From Candidatus Micrarchaeota archaeon (GTDB taxonomy: Archaea > B1Sed10-29 > JAJRYS01), in contig CAZXTN010000001.1 in the NCBI GenBank assembly GCA_964643685.1, positions 96,001 to 160,000 of the forward strand: a stretch of 64,000 bases of DNA, in the 5' to 3' direction. Shown one piece after another: positions 39,390 to 49,854 of the stretch; position 1 is the stretch's first letter; every line of letters begins with the position of its first letter. Made by a program: the position numbers and the translations under genes. The notes under the pieces are model-generated. The model was not told the origin of the DNA. It made no database searches and saw only the letters and a list, made by a program, of their open reading frames with translations.

Positions 39390-39649
39390 ACAAAAAAGAA
39401 ATCATACTAGGAGAAATAATTGGAAAAAAAGTAAAAATTACAAAAAGCACTTCAAAAGAAATGATCGGCAGAACAGGAAAAATAATAGACGAAACAATGA
39501 AAACAATCATAATAGAAGAAAAAGGAAAAAAAACAATAATTCCAAAAAAAGGAACAACATTTGAAATAGAAGGAGTTGAAATACAAGGAAAAGGAATAGC
39601 ATACAGGCCAGAAGAAAGAACCAAGAAAAACTGGAGGAAATTCAAATGA
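39386..39649 (+). CDS. rnp1: RNase P protein Rpp29
   Basis: E.IG, G.IIDET, IPK, RPEER; conserved position. Confidence 0.92.
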   Translation: MNKKEIILGEIIGKKVKITKSTSKEMIGRTGKIIDETMKTIIIEEKGKKTIIPKKGTTFEIEGVEIQGKGIAYRPEERTKKNWRKFK

Positions 39650-39909
39650 AAAAAAACACAAAAATCAAAGTAAGAGGAAACATAATAGAAGGAATAGTGG
39701 TAAGCACAAAGCCAAAAAACACAGCAATCATACAAAGAGAATACTTCAAGTTCATCCCAAAATACGAAAGATATGAAAGGAGAAAAAGTAAAATAAACGC
39801 TCATTTGCCAGAAGGAATGGAAGTAAAAGTAGGAGACAAAGTAAAAATAGGGGAAACAAGAAAAATCAGCAAAACAAAAAGCTTCATAGTCCTAGAAAAA
39901 ATAGAGTGA
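39646..39909 (+). CDS. rps17: 30S ribosomal protein uS17
   Basis: PKYERYERR, GETRKISKTKSF. Confidence 0.96.
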   Translation: MKKNTKIKVRGNIIEGIVVSTKPKNTAIIQREYFKFIPKYERYERRKSKINAHLPEGMEVKVGDKVKIGETRKISKTKSFIVLEKIE

Positions 39910-39916
39910 TGACAAA

Positions 39917-40315
39917 ATGAAAGGAATATCAACTAAAATCAACGGAGGATTGACAATCGGCTCAGTAATAAAAGTAGACGACAACTCAGGAGCCAAAAAA
40001 CTAAGAATAATAGGAAAAGAAGGATACCAAGGAAGAAGAAAAAGAATACCAGGAATAGGAATAGGGCAAATCTTCTTCGGCTCAGTCATCGCAGGAAAAA
40101 AAGACCTAAGGAAAAAAATAGTAAGGGCAGTTGTAATAAGACAAAGAAAACCTTTCAAAAGAGCAAACGGACTGACAGTCCAATTCGAAGACAACGCATG
40201 CGTAATAATCACAGACAAAAACGAGCCAAAAGCTTCTGAAATAAAAGGAGTAGTGGCAAAAGAAATAGGAGAAAAATACCCAAAAATATCAACAATCGCA
40301 AAAAACGTAGTATAA
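39917..40315 (+). CDS. rpl14: 50S ribosomal protein uL14
   Basis: DNSGAK, AVVIRQRK, FEDNACV. Confidence 0.96.
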   Translation: MKGISTKINGGLTIGSVIKVDDNSGAKKLRIIGKEGYQGRRKRIPGIGIGQIFFGSVIAGKKDLRKKIVRAVVIRQRKPFKRANGLTVQFEDNACVIITDKNEPKASEIKGVVAKEIGEKYPKISTIAKNVV

Positions 40316-40326
40316 AGTGATAATCA

Positions 40327-40683
40327 ATGACAATCGCAACTAAACCAAGAACGCAGAGAAGAAACTTGTACAACCTGCCAATGCACAAGAGAAGAAAACA
40401 AGTAAGCGCAGGGCTAAGTAAAGAATTGAAAAAAGAATACGGAAAAAACAGCGTGCCAATTGTAAAAGAAGACGTAGTCAAGATAATAAGAGGAGAATAC
40501 AAAGGAAAAAAAGGAAAAGTAGTAAGAGTAAACTTGAAAAACTATAAAATATACGTTGAAGGAATCACAGTAAAAAAACCAGATGGAAAAGAAGAACACA
40601 TTGCAATAAGCCCATCAAACGTCATGATAATAGAATTGAATTTAAAAGATGAGAAAAGAAAACAATCTATAAAGAGGAAATAA
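40327..40683 (+). CDS. rpl24: 50S ribosomal protein uL24
   Basis: KPRTQRR, LSKELK..YG, KOW motif, PSNVMI. Confidence 0.96.
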   Translation: MTIATKPRTQRRNLYNLPMHKRRKQVSAGLSKELKKEYGKNSVPIVKEDVVKIIRGEYKGKKGKVVRVNLKNYKIYVEGITVKKPDGKEEHIAISPSNVMIIELNLKDEKRKQSIKRK

Positions 40684-40685
40684 AT

Positions 40686-41405
40686 ATGGGAAGCAAAGGA
40701 GGAAAAAACCACTTGAAAAGGCTCGCGACGCCTAAAAAAGTAAAAATACTTAGAAAAAACACTGTCTGGACAGTAAGAGGAAACCCAGGAGCACACAAGC
40801 TCACAGAATCAGTGCCACTAACAACAATCATCAGAGACTACCTGGGATACGCAAAAACAGCAAAAGAAGCTGAAAAAATAATCAAAGAAAAAAAAGTATT
40901 AATTGACAAAAAACCAGAAACAAACCCAAAAAGAACAGTTGGATTCATGGACTTAATAGACATCCCCCTTACAAAAGAACAATACAGAGTAACGCTTGAC
41001 AACAAAGGAAGAATAATCCTCAAAAAAATAGAAAAGCCAACAGACTTCAAACTAGTCAAAATCAAAGGCAAAAAAATCCTCAAAAAAGGAACAACACAAC
41101 TAAACCTCCACGACAACAGAAACATACTCGTAAAAAACGACACTTACAAAGTAGGAGACGTCCTGAAAATAAAATTACCAAACCAAGAAATTGAAAAACA
41201 CTTGAAAATGGAAAAAGGAAACATAGCATATATAACAAAAGGAAAACACGCAGGAAAAACAGGAAAAATAACAAACATAGAAAAAGGAACCCTTCAAAGA
41301 AAACCACTAGTAACAATCAAAAAAGATGAACAAGAATTCACAACAAGAAAAGACAACATCTTCATCATAGGAGAAAAAACAAGCGAACTTGAAACGATAG
41401 AATAA
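40686..41405 (+). CDS. rps4e: 30S ribosomal protein eS4
   Basis: HLKRLA.P, PGAH, QLNLHD.RN, GKHAG. Confidence 0.96.
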   Translation: MGSKGGKNHLKRLATPKKVKILRKNTVWTVRGNPGAHKLTESVPLTTIIRDYLGYAKTAKEAEKIIKEKKVLIDKKPETNPKRTVGFMDLIDIPLTKEQYRVTLDNKGRIILKKIEKPTDFKLVKIKGKKILKKGTTQLNLHDNRNILVKNDTYKVGDVLKIKLPNQEIEKHLKMEKGNIAYITKGKHAGKTGKITNIEKGTLQRKPLVTIKKDEQEFTTRKDNIFIIGEKTSELETIE

Positions 41406-41425
41406 AAAAAAGAGATGAAAAACAA

Positions 41426-41917
41426 ATGATATCCATTGAAAAAGTCACAATCAACATAGGAGTCGGGCAAGCAGGAGAACAAATGGAAAAAGCCAAAAAG
41501 CTAATTGAAAAACTAACAGGACAAAAAGCAATAGAAAGGCACACACAAAAAAGAATACCAACCTGGGGAGTCAGAAAAGGACTAGCAATAGGAGCAAAAA
41601 CAACACTAAGAAAACAAAAAGCAGAAGAATTCCTAAAAAAATGCCTAGACGCAGTTGACAACAAAATCAAATCAAAATCATTCGATGAATATGGAAACTT
41701 CGGATTCGGGGTAAAAGAATACATAGACCTACCAGGAGTAAAATACGACCCAGAAATAGGAATGTTTGGATTCGACGTAAACGTGACAATGAAAAAATGG
41801 GGATACAGAAACACAAAAAGAAAAATAAAACAAACAAAAATACCAAAAAAACACAGGGTTACAAAACAAGAAGCAATTGATTACATGAAGCAAAAATACA
41901 ACGTAGAGGTGGAATAA
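41426..41917 (+). CDS. rpl5: 50S ribosomal protein uL5
   Basis: IEKVTINIGVG, GNFGFGVKEYID, YDPEIG. Confidence 0.96.
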   Translation: MISIEKVTINIGVGQAGEQMEKAKKLIEKLTGQKAIERHTQKRIPTWGVRKGLAIGAKTTLRKQKAEEFLKKCLDAVDNKIKSKSFDEYGNFGFGVKEYIDLPGVKYDPEIGMFGFDVNVTMKKWGYRNTKRKIKQTKIPKKHRVTKQEAIDYMKQKYNVEVE

Positions 41918-42091
41918 TTGACAAAAGTAAAAGAAAAGCAAACATACAAGCACCCAAGAGCAGGTGAACCAGGAAGATACTGCGAAATCTGCGGAAGAAA
42001 CAGGGGACTAGTAAGAAGATACGGCTTAACCTTATGCAGGCAATGCTTCAAAGCAAAAGCAAAAGAATTAGGCTTCGAAAAATACAACTAA
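41918..42091 (+). CDS. rps14: 30S ribosomal protein uS14 (Zn-binding; absent from ORF track, TTG start)
   Basis: Manual translation gives ...[38 protein letters not shown]; GAGGTG RBS. Confidence 0.95.
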   Translation: MTKVKEKQTYKHPRAGEPGRYCEICGRNRGLVRRYGLTLCRQCFKAKAKELGFEKYN

Positions 42092-42109
42092 AAAAAAGAG
42101 GGCTTAAAA

Positions 42110-42496
42110 ATGGCAGACAACTTAACAAACGCATTAATCAACATAAAAAACAACGAAAACGCTGGAAAAAAAGAGTGCATAATAAAACCAGCATCCAAGC
42201 TAATCGGAGGAGTGCTGAAAATAATACAAAAAGAAGGATACATCGGCAAATATGAATACATCGAAGACGGAAAAGCAGGACAATACAAAGTCCAGCTAAT
42301 AGGAAAAATCAACAACTGCAAAGCAATCAAGCCAAGATACGCAGTAAAAAAAGACGAGTATGCAAAATGGGAGCAAAGATACCTCCCATCAAAAAACTTA
42401 GGAATACTCATAATCTCAACACCTAAAGGGCTAATGACACAACACGAAGCAAAAAAAGCAGGAACAGGTGGAAAACTAATAGCATACATATACTAA
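42110..42496 (+). CDS. rps8: 30S ribosomal protein uS8
   Basis: [21 protein letters not shown]. Confidence 0.96.
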   Translation: MADNLTNALINIKNNENAGKKECIIKPASKLIGGVLKIIQKEGYIGKYEYIEDGKAGQYKVQLIGKINNCKAIKPRYAVKKDEYAKWEQRYLPSKNLGILIISTPKGLMTQHEAKKAGTGGKLIAYIY

Positions 42497-42513
42497 AAAT
42501 CAAGTGATAACAG

Positions 42514-43038
42514 ATGGTAAAATACGAAATTGAAATCCCAGAAGAAGTGGAAATAAAAATAGAAAAGAACAAGGTAACAGTAAAAGGACCACTAGGACAA
42601 GTTGAAAGGGAATTCAAACTAAACGGAATAAAAACAATACTGGAAAAAGACAAACTTACTCTTCAAAAAGAAGAAGCCAGAAAAAAACAAAAAGCATACC
42701 TTGGAAGCGTAAGAGCACACATCAAAAACATGATAAAAGGAGTAACAAAAGGACACACTTACCAGTTAAAAATAGTCTACAAGCACTTCCCAATAAACGT
42801 GGCACTGCAAGGAAACCAACTAGCAATCAAAAACTTCGCAGGAGAAAAAAAGCCAAGATTTGCAAAAATATTAGATGGAGTAAAAGTAGACATAAACAAC
42901 AACATAATAGAACTAACAGGAATAGACATTGAAAAAGTAGGACAAACAGCAGCAAACATAGAACAAAAAACAAGAATAAAAGACAAAGACATAAGAATCT
43001 TCCAAGACGGAATATTCATCATAAAAAAATCAAATTAA
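42514..43038 (+). CDS. rpl6: 50S ribosomal protein uL6
   Basis: VKGPLG, HFPI, VGQTAANIEQ, D.RIFQDGI. Confidence 0.96.
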   Translation: MVKYEIEIPEEVEIKIEKNKVTVKGPLGQVEREFKLNGIKTILEKDKLTLQKEEARKKQKAYLGSVRAHIKNMIKGVTKGHTYQLKIVYKHFPINVALQGNQLAIKNFAGEKKPRFAKILDGVKVDINNNIIELTGIDIEKVGQTAANIEQKTRIKDKDIRIFQDGIFIIKKSN

Positions 43039-43056
43039 TCCCGGTGAAAACAAAAA

Positions 43057-43521
43057 ATGATTAAAAAATTAAAAAAACCAAAATTCCACAGGCAAAACAG
43101 CCAAGTAAAAAAAAGACAAGGCACAAGATGGAGAAAACCAAAAGGAATAGACTCCAAACAAAGAGAAGGCCACAAATCAAGAGGAGCAAAACCAACAACA
43201 GGATACAGACAGCCTAAAAAAATAAGAGGACTCCACCCATCAGGATACGAAGAAATACTAATCACAAACTTAAAGCAAATAGAACAAATCAACCCAGAAA
43301 AACAAGCAATAAGAATAAGCTCCTCAATAGGAGCAAAAAAGAAACAAGAAATAGTGAAAAAAGTACAAGAGAAAAAAATCAAGATATTAAACCCAAAAAT
43401 AAACAAGAAAAAAACAAAAACAGCAGACAAAAAAGAAGAAACTGAAAAAAAGAAAGAGAAAGACGAAAAGAAAAAACAAGAAAAAGCAACTCCTGAAAAA
43501 GAAAAAGGTGAAAAGAAATGA
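43057..43521 (+). CDS. rpl32e: 50S ribosomal protein eL32 with K/E-rich tail
   Basis: WRKPKGIDSKQR, RGLHPSG. Confidence 0.96.
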   Translation: MIKKLKKPKFHRQNSQVKKRQGTRWRKPKGIDSKQREGHKSRGAKPTTGYRQPKKIRGLHPSGYEEILITNLKQIEQINPEKQAIRISSSIGAKKKQEIVKKVQEKKIKILNPKINKKKTKTADKKEETEKKKEKDEKKKQEKATPEKEKGEKK

Positions 43522-43961
43522 ATTTGAACCAAGTGAAAGAAATAGGAAAAAAAGTCTTAAAAGCAGGGAAAAAAAGAATAAAAATAAGAAAGCCTGAAGA
43601 AGCACTGCAAGCAATGACAAGAGACGATGTAAGAGACTTGGTTAAAAAAGGAGTTGTTGAAAAAAAGAAGAAAAAAGGAACAAGCAGAATAAGAGCAAAA
43701 AAAATAAAAGAACAGAAAAAGAAAGGCAGGAAAAAAGGAAAAGGAAAAAGAAAAGGAGCAACAGGAGCAAGAACAAACAAGAAAGAGAAATGGATGACAA
43801 AAATAAGGTCGCAAAGAAAATACTTAAGAGAAATAAAACCAAAACTAAAAGAAGACGCTTACAGAAAACTATACTTAATGTGCAAAGGAGGATACTTCAG
43901 AAGCAAAGCACACCTCAACCTGTACATAAAAGAAAAAAAATTATGGAAACAAAACAAATAA
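43518..43961 (+). CDS. rpl19e: 50S ribosomal protein eL19
   Basis: AMTRDDVR.L, KRKG..GAR, YRKLY..CKGG.F. Confidence 0.95.
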   Translation: MNLNQVKEIGKKVLKAGKKRIKIRKPEEALQAMTRDDVRDLVKKGVVEKKKKKGTSRIRAKKIKEQKKKGRKKGKGKRKGATGARTNKKEKWMTKIRSQRKYLREIKPKLKEDAYRKLYLMCKGGYFRSKAHLNLYIKEKKLWKQNK

Positions 43962-43973
43962 AAATGATGAAAA

Positions 43974-44438
43974 ATGGCAAGCAAAACAACATACAAGGTA
44001 AAATTTAAGAGAAGAAGAGAAGGAAAAACAGACTACGCAAAAAGACTAAGGCTGCTTAAAGGAAAAAAAGAAAGAGCAGTCATAAGAATAACGAACAACA
44101 ATGTAATCGTGCAAGTAATCAAATACGTGCCAAAAGGAGACGAGACAATAATAAACACAACAGCACTTGAACTAAAAAAATACGGATACAAAGGACACAA
44201 AGGAAACAAAAAAGCAGCATACTTAACAGGATACTTATGCGGCAAAAAAGCAGTAAAAAAAGGAGTAAAAGAAGCAATAGCAGACATTGGATTAAAAACA
44301 CCAGTGCACAAGTCAAACGTGTTCGCAGCAATAAAAGGACTCACAGATGCAGGGTTAAAAATGAATTACAAAGAACAAGCAATTCCTGAAGTAACTGAAA
44401 CCGAGAACATTAAAAACGAAATTGATAAAAAATATTAA
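43974..44438 (+). CDS. rpl18: 50S ribosomal protein uL18
   Basis: RRREGKTDY, AAYLTG, D.GL. Confidence 0.96.
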   Translation: MASKTTYKVKFKRRREGKTDYAKRLRLLKGKKERAVIRITNNNVIVQVIKYVPKGDETIINTTALELKKYGYKGHKGNKKAAYLTGYLCGKKAVKKGVKEAIADIGLKTPVHKSNVFAAIKGLTDAGLKMNYKEQAIPEVTETENIKNEIDKKY

Positions 44439-44449
44439 GGGATGAAAAA

Positions 44450-45079
44450 ATGAGAGAAAGAAGAAGAGTAGAAGAAAAAAAACCAGAATGGGTGCCTAAA
44501 ACAAAACTTGGAAAAATGGTTCAAAACAACGAAATAACAAGCATGGAACAGATATATGAAAAAGGATTGCCAATACTTGAACCTGAAATAGTAGACAAGC
44601 TCATACCAGACTTAGAAGAAGAAGTGCTTCAAATAAAAAGCGTTCAAAGAACAACAGACTCAGGAAGAAAAGCCTCATTCATGGTGACAGTCGCAGTAGG
44701 AAACAAAAAAGGATATGTAGGAGTAGGAACAGGAAAAGGCCTTGAAGTCCGCCCAACAATAGAAAGAGCAGTAAGAAACGCCAAAAAGAACATAATAAGC
44801 ATTAGAAGAGGATGTGGTTCATGGCAATGCGGATGCAATGAAGAGCACTCACTGCCACATAAAGTCAAAGGAACATACTCATCAATAAAAGTAGAATTAA
44901 TGCCAGCTCCAAAAGGAACAGGAATAGTAGCAGGTAAAAAAGCAGCGCAAATACTAAAACTCGCTGGAATAAAAGACGTCTGGAGCAAGACAAGCGGAAA
45001 CACAAGGACAACCTTCAACTTCGCAAAAGCAATAATAAAAGCATTAAAACAAACAAGAAAAATGAAAGTAAAAGAGTGA
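44450..45079 (+). CDS. rps5: 30S ribosomal protein uS5
   Basis: WVPKTKLG, RGCGSWQC, PAPKGTG. Confidence 0.96.
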   Translation: MRERRRVEEKKPEWVPKTKLGKMVQNNEITSMEQIYEKGLPILEPEIVDKLIPDLEEEVLQIKSVQRTTDSGRKASFMVTVAVGNKKGYVGVGTGKGLEVRPTIERAVRNAKKNIISIRRGCGSWQCGCNEEHSLPHKVKGTYSSIKVELMPAPKGTGIVAGKKAAQILKLAGIKDVWSKTSGNTRTTFNFAKAIIKALKQTRKMKVKE

Positions 45080-45086
45080 AAACAAA

Positions 45087-45530
45087 ATGACAATAGCAAT
45101 AATAAGACTAAGAGGGAAAGTAGGAGTAAATAAGGGAATAGAAGACACAATGCAAATGCTAAAACTAAAAGCACCTTACAACTGCGTAATAATACAAGAA
45201 AATCCTCAGTACAAAGGAATGCTTCAAAAAATAAAAGACTACGTGACATTCGGAACAATCACAAAAGAAACATTTGAAAAAATGCTATTCAAATGGGGAA
45301 GGGTGGAAGGAGACAAAAAAGTAACCCCAGAATACTTAAAAGAAAAAAACACAACACTGGAAGAGCTATTCACAGGAAAAAAGAAATTCAAAGAAGTGGG
45401 AATAAAACAGCCATTCAGGCTACATCCACCAACAAAAGGACTTAAATCAATCAAAAGACCATTCACAATGAAAGGAGACCTCGGAAACAGAGGAGATAAA
45501 ATCAACGAGTTACTTGAAAGAATGATTTAA
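45087..45530 (+). CDS. rpl30: 50S ribosomal protein uL30
   Basis: IAIIRLRG, KDYVTFG, FRLHPP, G.LGNRG..INELL.RM. Confidence 0.95.
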   Translation: MTIAIIRLRGKVGVNKGIEDTMQMLKLKAPYNCVIIQENPQYKGMLQKIKDYVTFGTITKETFEKMLFKWGRVEGDKKVTPEYLKEKNTTLEELFTGKKKFKEVGIKQPFRLHPPTKGLKSIKRPFTMKGDLGNRGDKINELLERMI

Positions 45531-45546
45531 AGAAAGTGATTAAAAA

Positions 45547-45981
45547 ATGACAACGAGACACAAAGCCAAAATAAGCAAATTAAGAGGCAAAAGAAGCCAC
45601 GCAAGAGGAAAAGCAAAAAGAGGAAGAGGACGCGGAAGCAGAATGGGCAGAGCCTCAGTAAAAAGAAGCCAAAGGAACATACAGCATATCATAAAATATG
45701 AGCCTGAAAGATTCCATCAAAAAGGATTCCATTCACTAAGCAAAAAACTAAAAACAATAAACGTCACAGACTTAGAAAAAATATCAGAAAAACAAAATAA
45801 AACAAGCTTCGCACTAAAAAACATCAAAGTCCTTGGTAAAGGAAAAATAACAAAAAAATTAAAAGTCACAGCAAGCGCTTTTACAAAAAAAGCAATGGAA
45901 AAAATAACCAAGGCAGGAGGACAAGCGATTGTCGCAAAAGGTGAAAACATTGGACTTGAAAGTACTGAAACCAATAATTAA
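45547..45981 (+). CDS. rpl15: 50S ribosomal protein uL15
   Basis: KLRG.RSH, KVLGKG, A.EKI..AGG. Confidence 0.93.
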   Translation: MTTRHKAKISKLRGKRSHARGKAKRGRGRGSRMGRASVKRSQRNIQHIIKYEPERFHQKGFHSLSKKLKTINVTDLEKISEKQNKTSFALKNIKVLGKGKITKKLKVTASAFTKKAMEKITKAGGQAIVAKGENIGLESTETNN

Positions 45982-47326
45982 AATGCTACCAGAAGTAACC
46001 AGCCCTGAAAAAAAACCAGTACTAAAACAAAGACTATACTGGGTCGGCTTTGCATTACTAGTTTTTGCAATTTTAGGTGTAACAAAACCAATAGGAGTCG
46101 CAGCAGTTGAACAATCAAACTATTTGCAGCAAATACAATTAATAACAGCTTCTAAAATAGGTTCACTTGCAACACTTGGAATAGGACCAATAGTAATGGC
46201 ATCAATAATACTCCAACTGCTAATGGGAGCCAAAATAATAGACATCAACCTGCAAGACAAAGAGCAAAAAAAGTTATACCAAGGACTTCAAAAAATAGCA
46301 GGCATACTATTCGCATTCTTTGAAGCAGGAATCTACGTAATGAGCGGATTCGTACCAGCACAACCAGGAATAATCAGCACCTTCTTCTTAATATTCCAAC
46401 TAGCATTCGCAGCAATAATCCTAATGTACTTAGACGAACTCATATCAAAATACGGAATCGGCTCAGGAATAGGGTTATTCATAGCAGCAGGAGTTTCATT
46501 TACAATAATATGGAGAGCGCTATCATGGGTAAAAGCACCAGGAACAATGACATACATAGGACTCATACCACAGTTATTCCAAGGGATAATGACAGGGAAC
46601 ATACCAGAAACAGCAATATTCCCATTAATATCAACAGTAATAGTCTTCCTAGCAGTAGTCTTCGCCGAATCCATGAAAATAGAAATACCTCTAACTTTCG
46701 GAAGAATAAAGGGATACGGAGCAAAATACCCACTTAAATTCTTATACGTTTCAAATATACCCGTCATATTCGCAGCAGCACTCCTATCAAACATACAGCT
46801 AATAGGAATAACACTACAAGGATTCGGATTCCCAATACTAGGACAATTCGTAAACAACAGACCAGTCAGCGGAATAGCATACTACCTAAAAGCACCATAC
46901 GGAGCATTAGCAAACCCAGCGCAGATAGCAATCACACTAAGCTCAACACAAACAATACTAAACATAATAGTTTACGCAATAGTATTAACAGTACTTTGCG
47001 TCATATTCGGAAAATTCTGGATAGAAATAAGCGGAATGAGCTCAAAAGAAGTAGCACAACAACTCCAGCAAGTAGGATTACACGTACCAGGATTCAGAAG
47101 AGACCCAAGAGTAATAGAAAGCGTACTAGACAGATACATCCCAATAATAACAGTAGTTGGATCAGCAGCAGTAGGACTACTTGCCATATTCGCAGACCTC
47201 ACAGGAGCACTTGGAACAGGTACAGGAATCCTCCTAACAGTAGGAATACTCTATAAGATGTACGAAGAACTCGCAGCACAACAAGCAGCAGAACTAATGC
47301 CAATGCTAAAAGGGTTAATAGGATAA
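45950..47326 (+). CDS. secY: Preprotein translocase SecY
   Basis: LGIGPIVMASII.QLL, GIGSGI.LFI, YVSNIPVI, PGFRRDPR; probable TTG start after GGTGA. Confidence 0.97.
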   Translation: MDLKVLKPIIKMLPEVTSPEKKPVLKQRLYWVGFALLVFAILGVTKPIGVAAVEQSNYLQQIQLITASKIGSLATLGIGPIVMASIILQLLMGAKIIDINLQDKEQKKLYQGLQKIAGILFAFFEAGIYVMSGFVPAQPGIISTFFLIFQLAFAAIILMYLDELISKYGIGSGIGLFIAAGVSFTIIWRALSWVKAPGTMTYIGLIPQLFQGIMTGNIPETAIFPLISTVIVFLAVVFAESMKIEIPLTFGRIKGYGAKYPLKFLYVSNIPVIFAAALLSNIQLIGITLQGFGFPILGQFVNNRPVSGIAYYLKAPYGALANPAQIAITLSSTQTILNIIVYAIVLTVLCVIFGKFWIEISGMSSKEVAQQLQQVGLHVPGFRRDPRVIESVLDRYIPIITVVGSAAVGLLAIFADLTGALGTGTGILLTVGILYKMYEELAAQQAAELMPMLKGLIG

Positions 47327-47339
47327 AGTGAAAAATAAA

Positions 47340-47813
47340 ATGGCAATAATAGAACTAACAGCATCAGGAACAGAAGTAACATTAATAGCAATAGCAATAA
47401 CTTTGCTAACATTCACAGCAAACAAAATATTTATCAACCAAGATGAATTTGAAAAAGTGCAAAAAAGAACAAAAGAAATAAACAAAAACATGAAAAAACA
47501 CGCAAAAACAACAGACGAAAACATAATGAAAAAAATAGAAGAAGAACAAAAAGAGCTAATGGAATTAATGAGCAAACAATTCAAAATGAGCATAAAACCA
47601 ATGATAGTGACATTAATCCCAATAATGATAATATTTACAGCAATAAAAGCAAAATATGACAAATCAGGAACAATAGCAACACTCCTTGGAATAAACCTCA
47701 CATGGTTCTGGTGGTACTTTGTAGTTGTAATCATAACAAGCTCAATACTTAACAAAGCATACACAGCAATAAGACAATACAAAAAAACAAAGAAAGCAAA
47801 GGAGGGAAAATAA
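47340..47813 (+). CDS. EMC3/TMCO1 (DUF106) family membrane protein
   Basis: TM, coiled coil, KPMIVTLIP, W.WWY; conserved position after secY. Confidence 0.88.
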   Translation: MAIIELTASGTEVTLIAIAITLLTFTANKIFINQDEFEKVQKRTKEINKNMKKHAKTTDENIMKKIEEEQKELMELMSKQFKMSIKPMIVTLIPIMIIFTAIKAKYDKSGTIATLLGINLTWFWWYFVVVIITSSILNKAYTAIRQYKKTKKAKEGK

Positions 47814-47814
47814 A

Positions 47815-48138
47815 ATGCCAAGACCAAGCGAAAGAACAACAAAAAGAAGAAAAATATACAAAAAGACACCAAAAGGAACAGTAAAAAAAATAGTCAAAAG
47901 AAGAACAACAACAAAAGCAAAATGCGCAATCTGCGGAAAAACACTACAAGGAGTAAAAACAACAAAAGGACTTGCAAAAACAAAAAAACGCCCAGGCAGA
48001 AAATACTCAGGACACTTATGCTCAACATGCACACAAAAAATCATAAAACTACAAACAAGAATAAACGAAGGAAAAATGTACAAAAAAGACGCTGACATAA
48101 AATACCAAAAATATCTAACAGGCAAACAAAAACAATAA
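47815..48138 (+). CDS. rpl34e: 50S ribosomal protein eL34
   Basis: KTPKG, CAICGK.L.G, RP.R.YSG.LC..C. Confidence 0.94.
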   Translation: MPRPSERTTKRRKIYKKTPKGTVKKIVKRRTTTKAKCAICGKTLQGVKTTKGLAKTKKRPGRKYSGHLCSTCTQKIIKLQTRINEGKMYKKDADIKYQKYLTGKQKQ

Positions 48139-48152
48139 AAAAAGATGAAAAA

Positions 48153-48713
48153 ATGCAAGTAACAATAGCAGGAGAACCAGGAGCAGGAAGCACAACAATA
48201 GCAAAAAAACTCGCAAAAAAAACAGGATACAAATTAATAACAACCGGAGAAATAGTAAAACAAATAGCAAAAAAACAAAACAAGACAATAGAACAACTCT
48301 GGCAAGAACAAGACAAAAACCCAAAAAAAGAAAAACAATTCAACAACAAAATAAACAAACAGCAAAAAGAACAAGCAAAAAAATACAAAAACGTGATAAT
48401 AAACGGAAAACTAAGCGCATACAACAACCCAAAAGCAGAACTCAAAATACTCCTAACAGCAGACATAAAAACAAGAGCAAAAAGAACAGCAAAAAGAGAC
48501 AAAAGAACAATAAAAAAACAACAACAAGAACTTGAAAAAAGAGAAAAAGAAGAAAGAACAAACTGGAAAAAAATGTACAAATTCGACTACGTAAAAGACA
48601 AAAACAAATACGACATGATAATAGACACAACAAACCTAACGCCGATAAAAATAACAAACGCAATAATAAAAGAAATAAAAAACATACAAGAACAAGCAAA
48701 AAGGAGGAAATAG
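48153..48713 (+). CDS. cmk: Cytidylate kinase (archaeal type)
   Basis: ITIAG.PGAG.TT P-loop, RAKR..RD, YD.IIDTT; conserved position. Confidence 0.85.
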   Translation: MQVTIAGEPGAGSTTIAKKLAKKTGYKLITTGEIVKQIAKKQNKTIEQLWQEQDKNPKKEKQFNNKINKQQKEQAKKYKNVIINGKLSAYNNPKAELKILLTADIKTRAKRTAKRDKRTIKKQQQELEKREKEERTNWKKMYKFDYVKDKNKYDMIIDTTNLTPIKITNAIIKEIKNIQEQAKRRK

Positions 48714-48715
48714 AA

Positions 48716-48982
48716 ATGGCAATCATAGAAAAAGGAAGAATCTGCATAATAACAAAAGGAGCAGACACAGGCAAAGAAGCAGTAATCAAAGAAGTAATAG
48801 ACAAGAACTTCGTAATAATCATAGGAGAGAAAGTAAAAGAAAGACGCTCAAACATCAAGCACTTGGAACCAACAGACAGGACAACAAATACAATGCCAAC
48901 ACCAAAAACAAAACCAGCAAAAGAAAAAAAGCCGCAGCAAACAAAAAAAGCAGCACCTAAAAAGGAAGAAAAGAAAAAATAA
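48716..48982 (+). CDS. rpl14e: 50S ribosomal protein eL14
   Basis: GRIC..TKG.D.G, IDKNFV, RR.NI.HLEPT. Confidence 0.93.
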   Translation: MAIIEKGRICIITKGADTGKEAVIKEVIDKNFVIIIGEKVKERRSNIKHLEPTDRTTNTMPTPKTKPAKEKKPQQTKKAAPKKEEKKK

Positions 48983-49023
48983 AAACCCAACAGCTACTTC
49001 TCTTTTTTCCAAGTGAATAAAAA

Positions 49024-49854
49024 ATGAAAGGAATAATAATCCTAGACAAGCCGAAAGGCATGACAAGCAACCAAACAAGTCTAGCAGTAAAGCAAATTCT
49101 AAACGAAAAAACAGCACACGTAGGAACACTAGACCCAAACGTAACAGGCATCCTGCCAATACTAGTAGGAAAAGCAATCAAACTGCAGGAATTTCTACAA
49201 GCACATGACAAAGAATACGTATGCATAATGAAAACAAAAGAAAAAATTCCAGAAGAGGAGATAAAAAAAACATTCGAAGAATTCACTGGAAAAATTTACC
49301 AAAAACCACCTGAAATAAGCGCAGTAGCAAAAAAAACAAGAGTAAGGAAAATTTACTCACTTGAATTACTGGAAACAAAAGACAACTTCATCTTATTCAA
49401 AACCTTCTGCCAGCACGGCACATACATAAGAAAATTAATCGAAGACTTTGGATTAATCTGGGGAACAGAAACAGAAATGATAGAACTCAGAAGAACAAAC
49501 GCAGGAGGATTCACAGAACAAGAAGCAGTAACTTTGCAGGAAGTCTTAGATGCTGTCAAATTAAAAGAAAAAAAACCAGAACTATTAAACAAAATAATCA
49601 AGCCAGTTGAATACGCAGTTAAAAGAATGCCCAAGGCAATAGTTAAAAACACAGCAGTTAAAAACATCCAAAACGGGGCGCCAGTATACTCAGCAGGAAT
49701 AATCGAATTAAAAGGAGACGTAAAACACGACAAGCCAGTGGCAATCTTAACGCAGGAAGGAAAGTTAATAGCAGTTGGAATAAGCTTGTACGATAAGCCA
49801 GAGACAAGGAAACATAAAAAAGCAATAAAAACAAAAAAAGTAATGAGAATATGA
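49024..49854 (+). CDS. cbf5: Pseudouridine synthase Cbf5/TruB with PUA domain
   Basis: LDKP.G.TS, HVGTLDP catalytic Asp, GTYIRKL, ELRRT. Confidence 0.93.
   Translation: MKGIIILDKPKGMTSNQTSLAVKQILNEKTAHVGTLDPNVTGILPILVGKAIKLQEFLQAHDKEYVCIMKTKEKIPEEEIKKTFEEFTGKIYQKPPEISAVAKKTRVRKIYSLELLETKDNFILFKTFCQHGTYIRKLIEDFGLIWGTETEMIELRRTNAGGFTEQEAVTLQEVLDAVKLKEKKPELLNKIIKPVEYAVKRMPKAIVKNTAVKNIQNGAPVYSAGIIELKGDVKHDKPVAILTQEGKLIAVGISLYDKPETRKHKKAIKTKKVMRI

Noticed and set aside
49024-49854. Possible BHB intron in cbf5, as known in some Crenarchaeota
   Set aside because: The reading frame is continuous through HVGTLDP with no insertion
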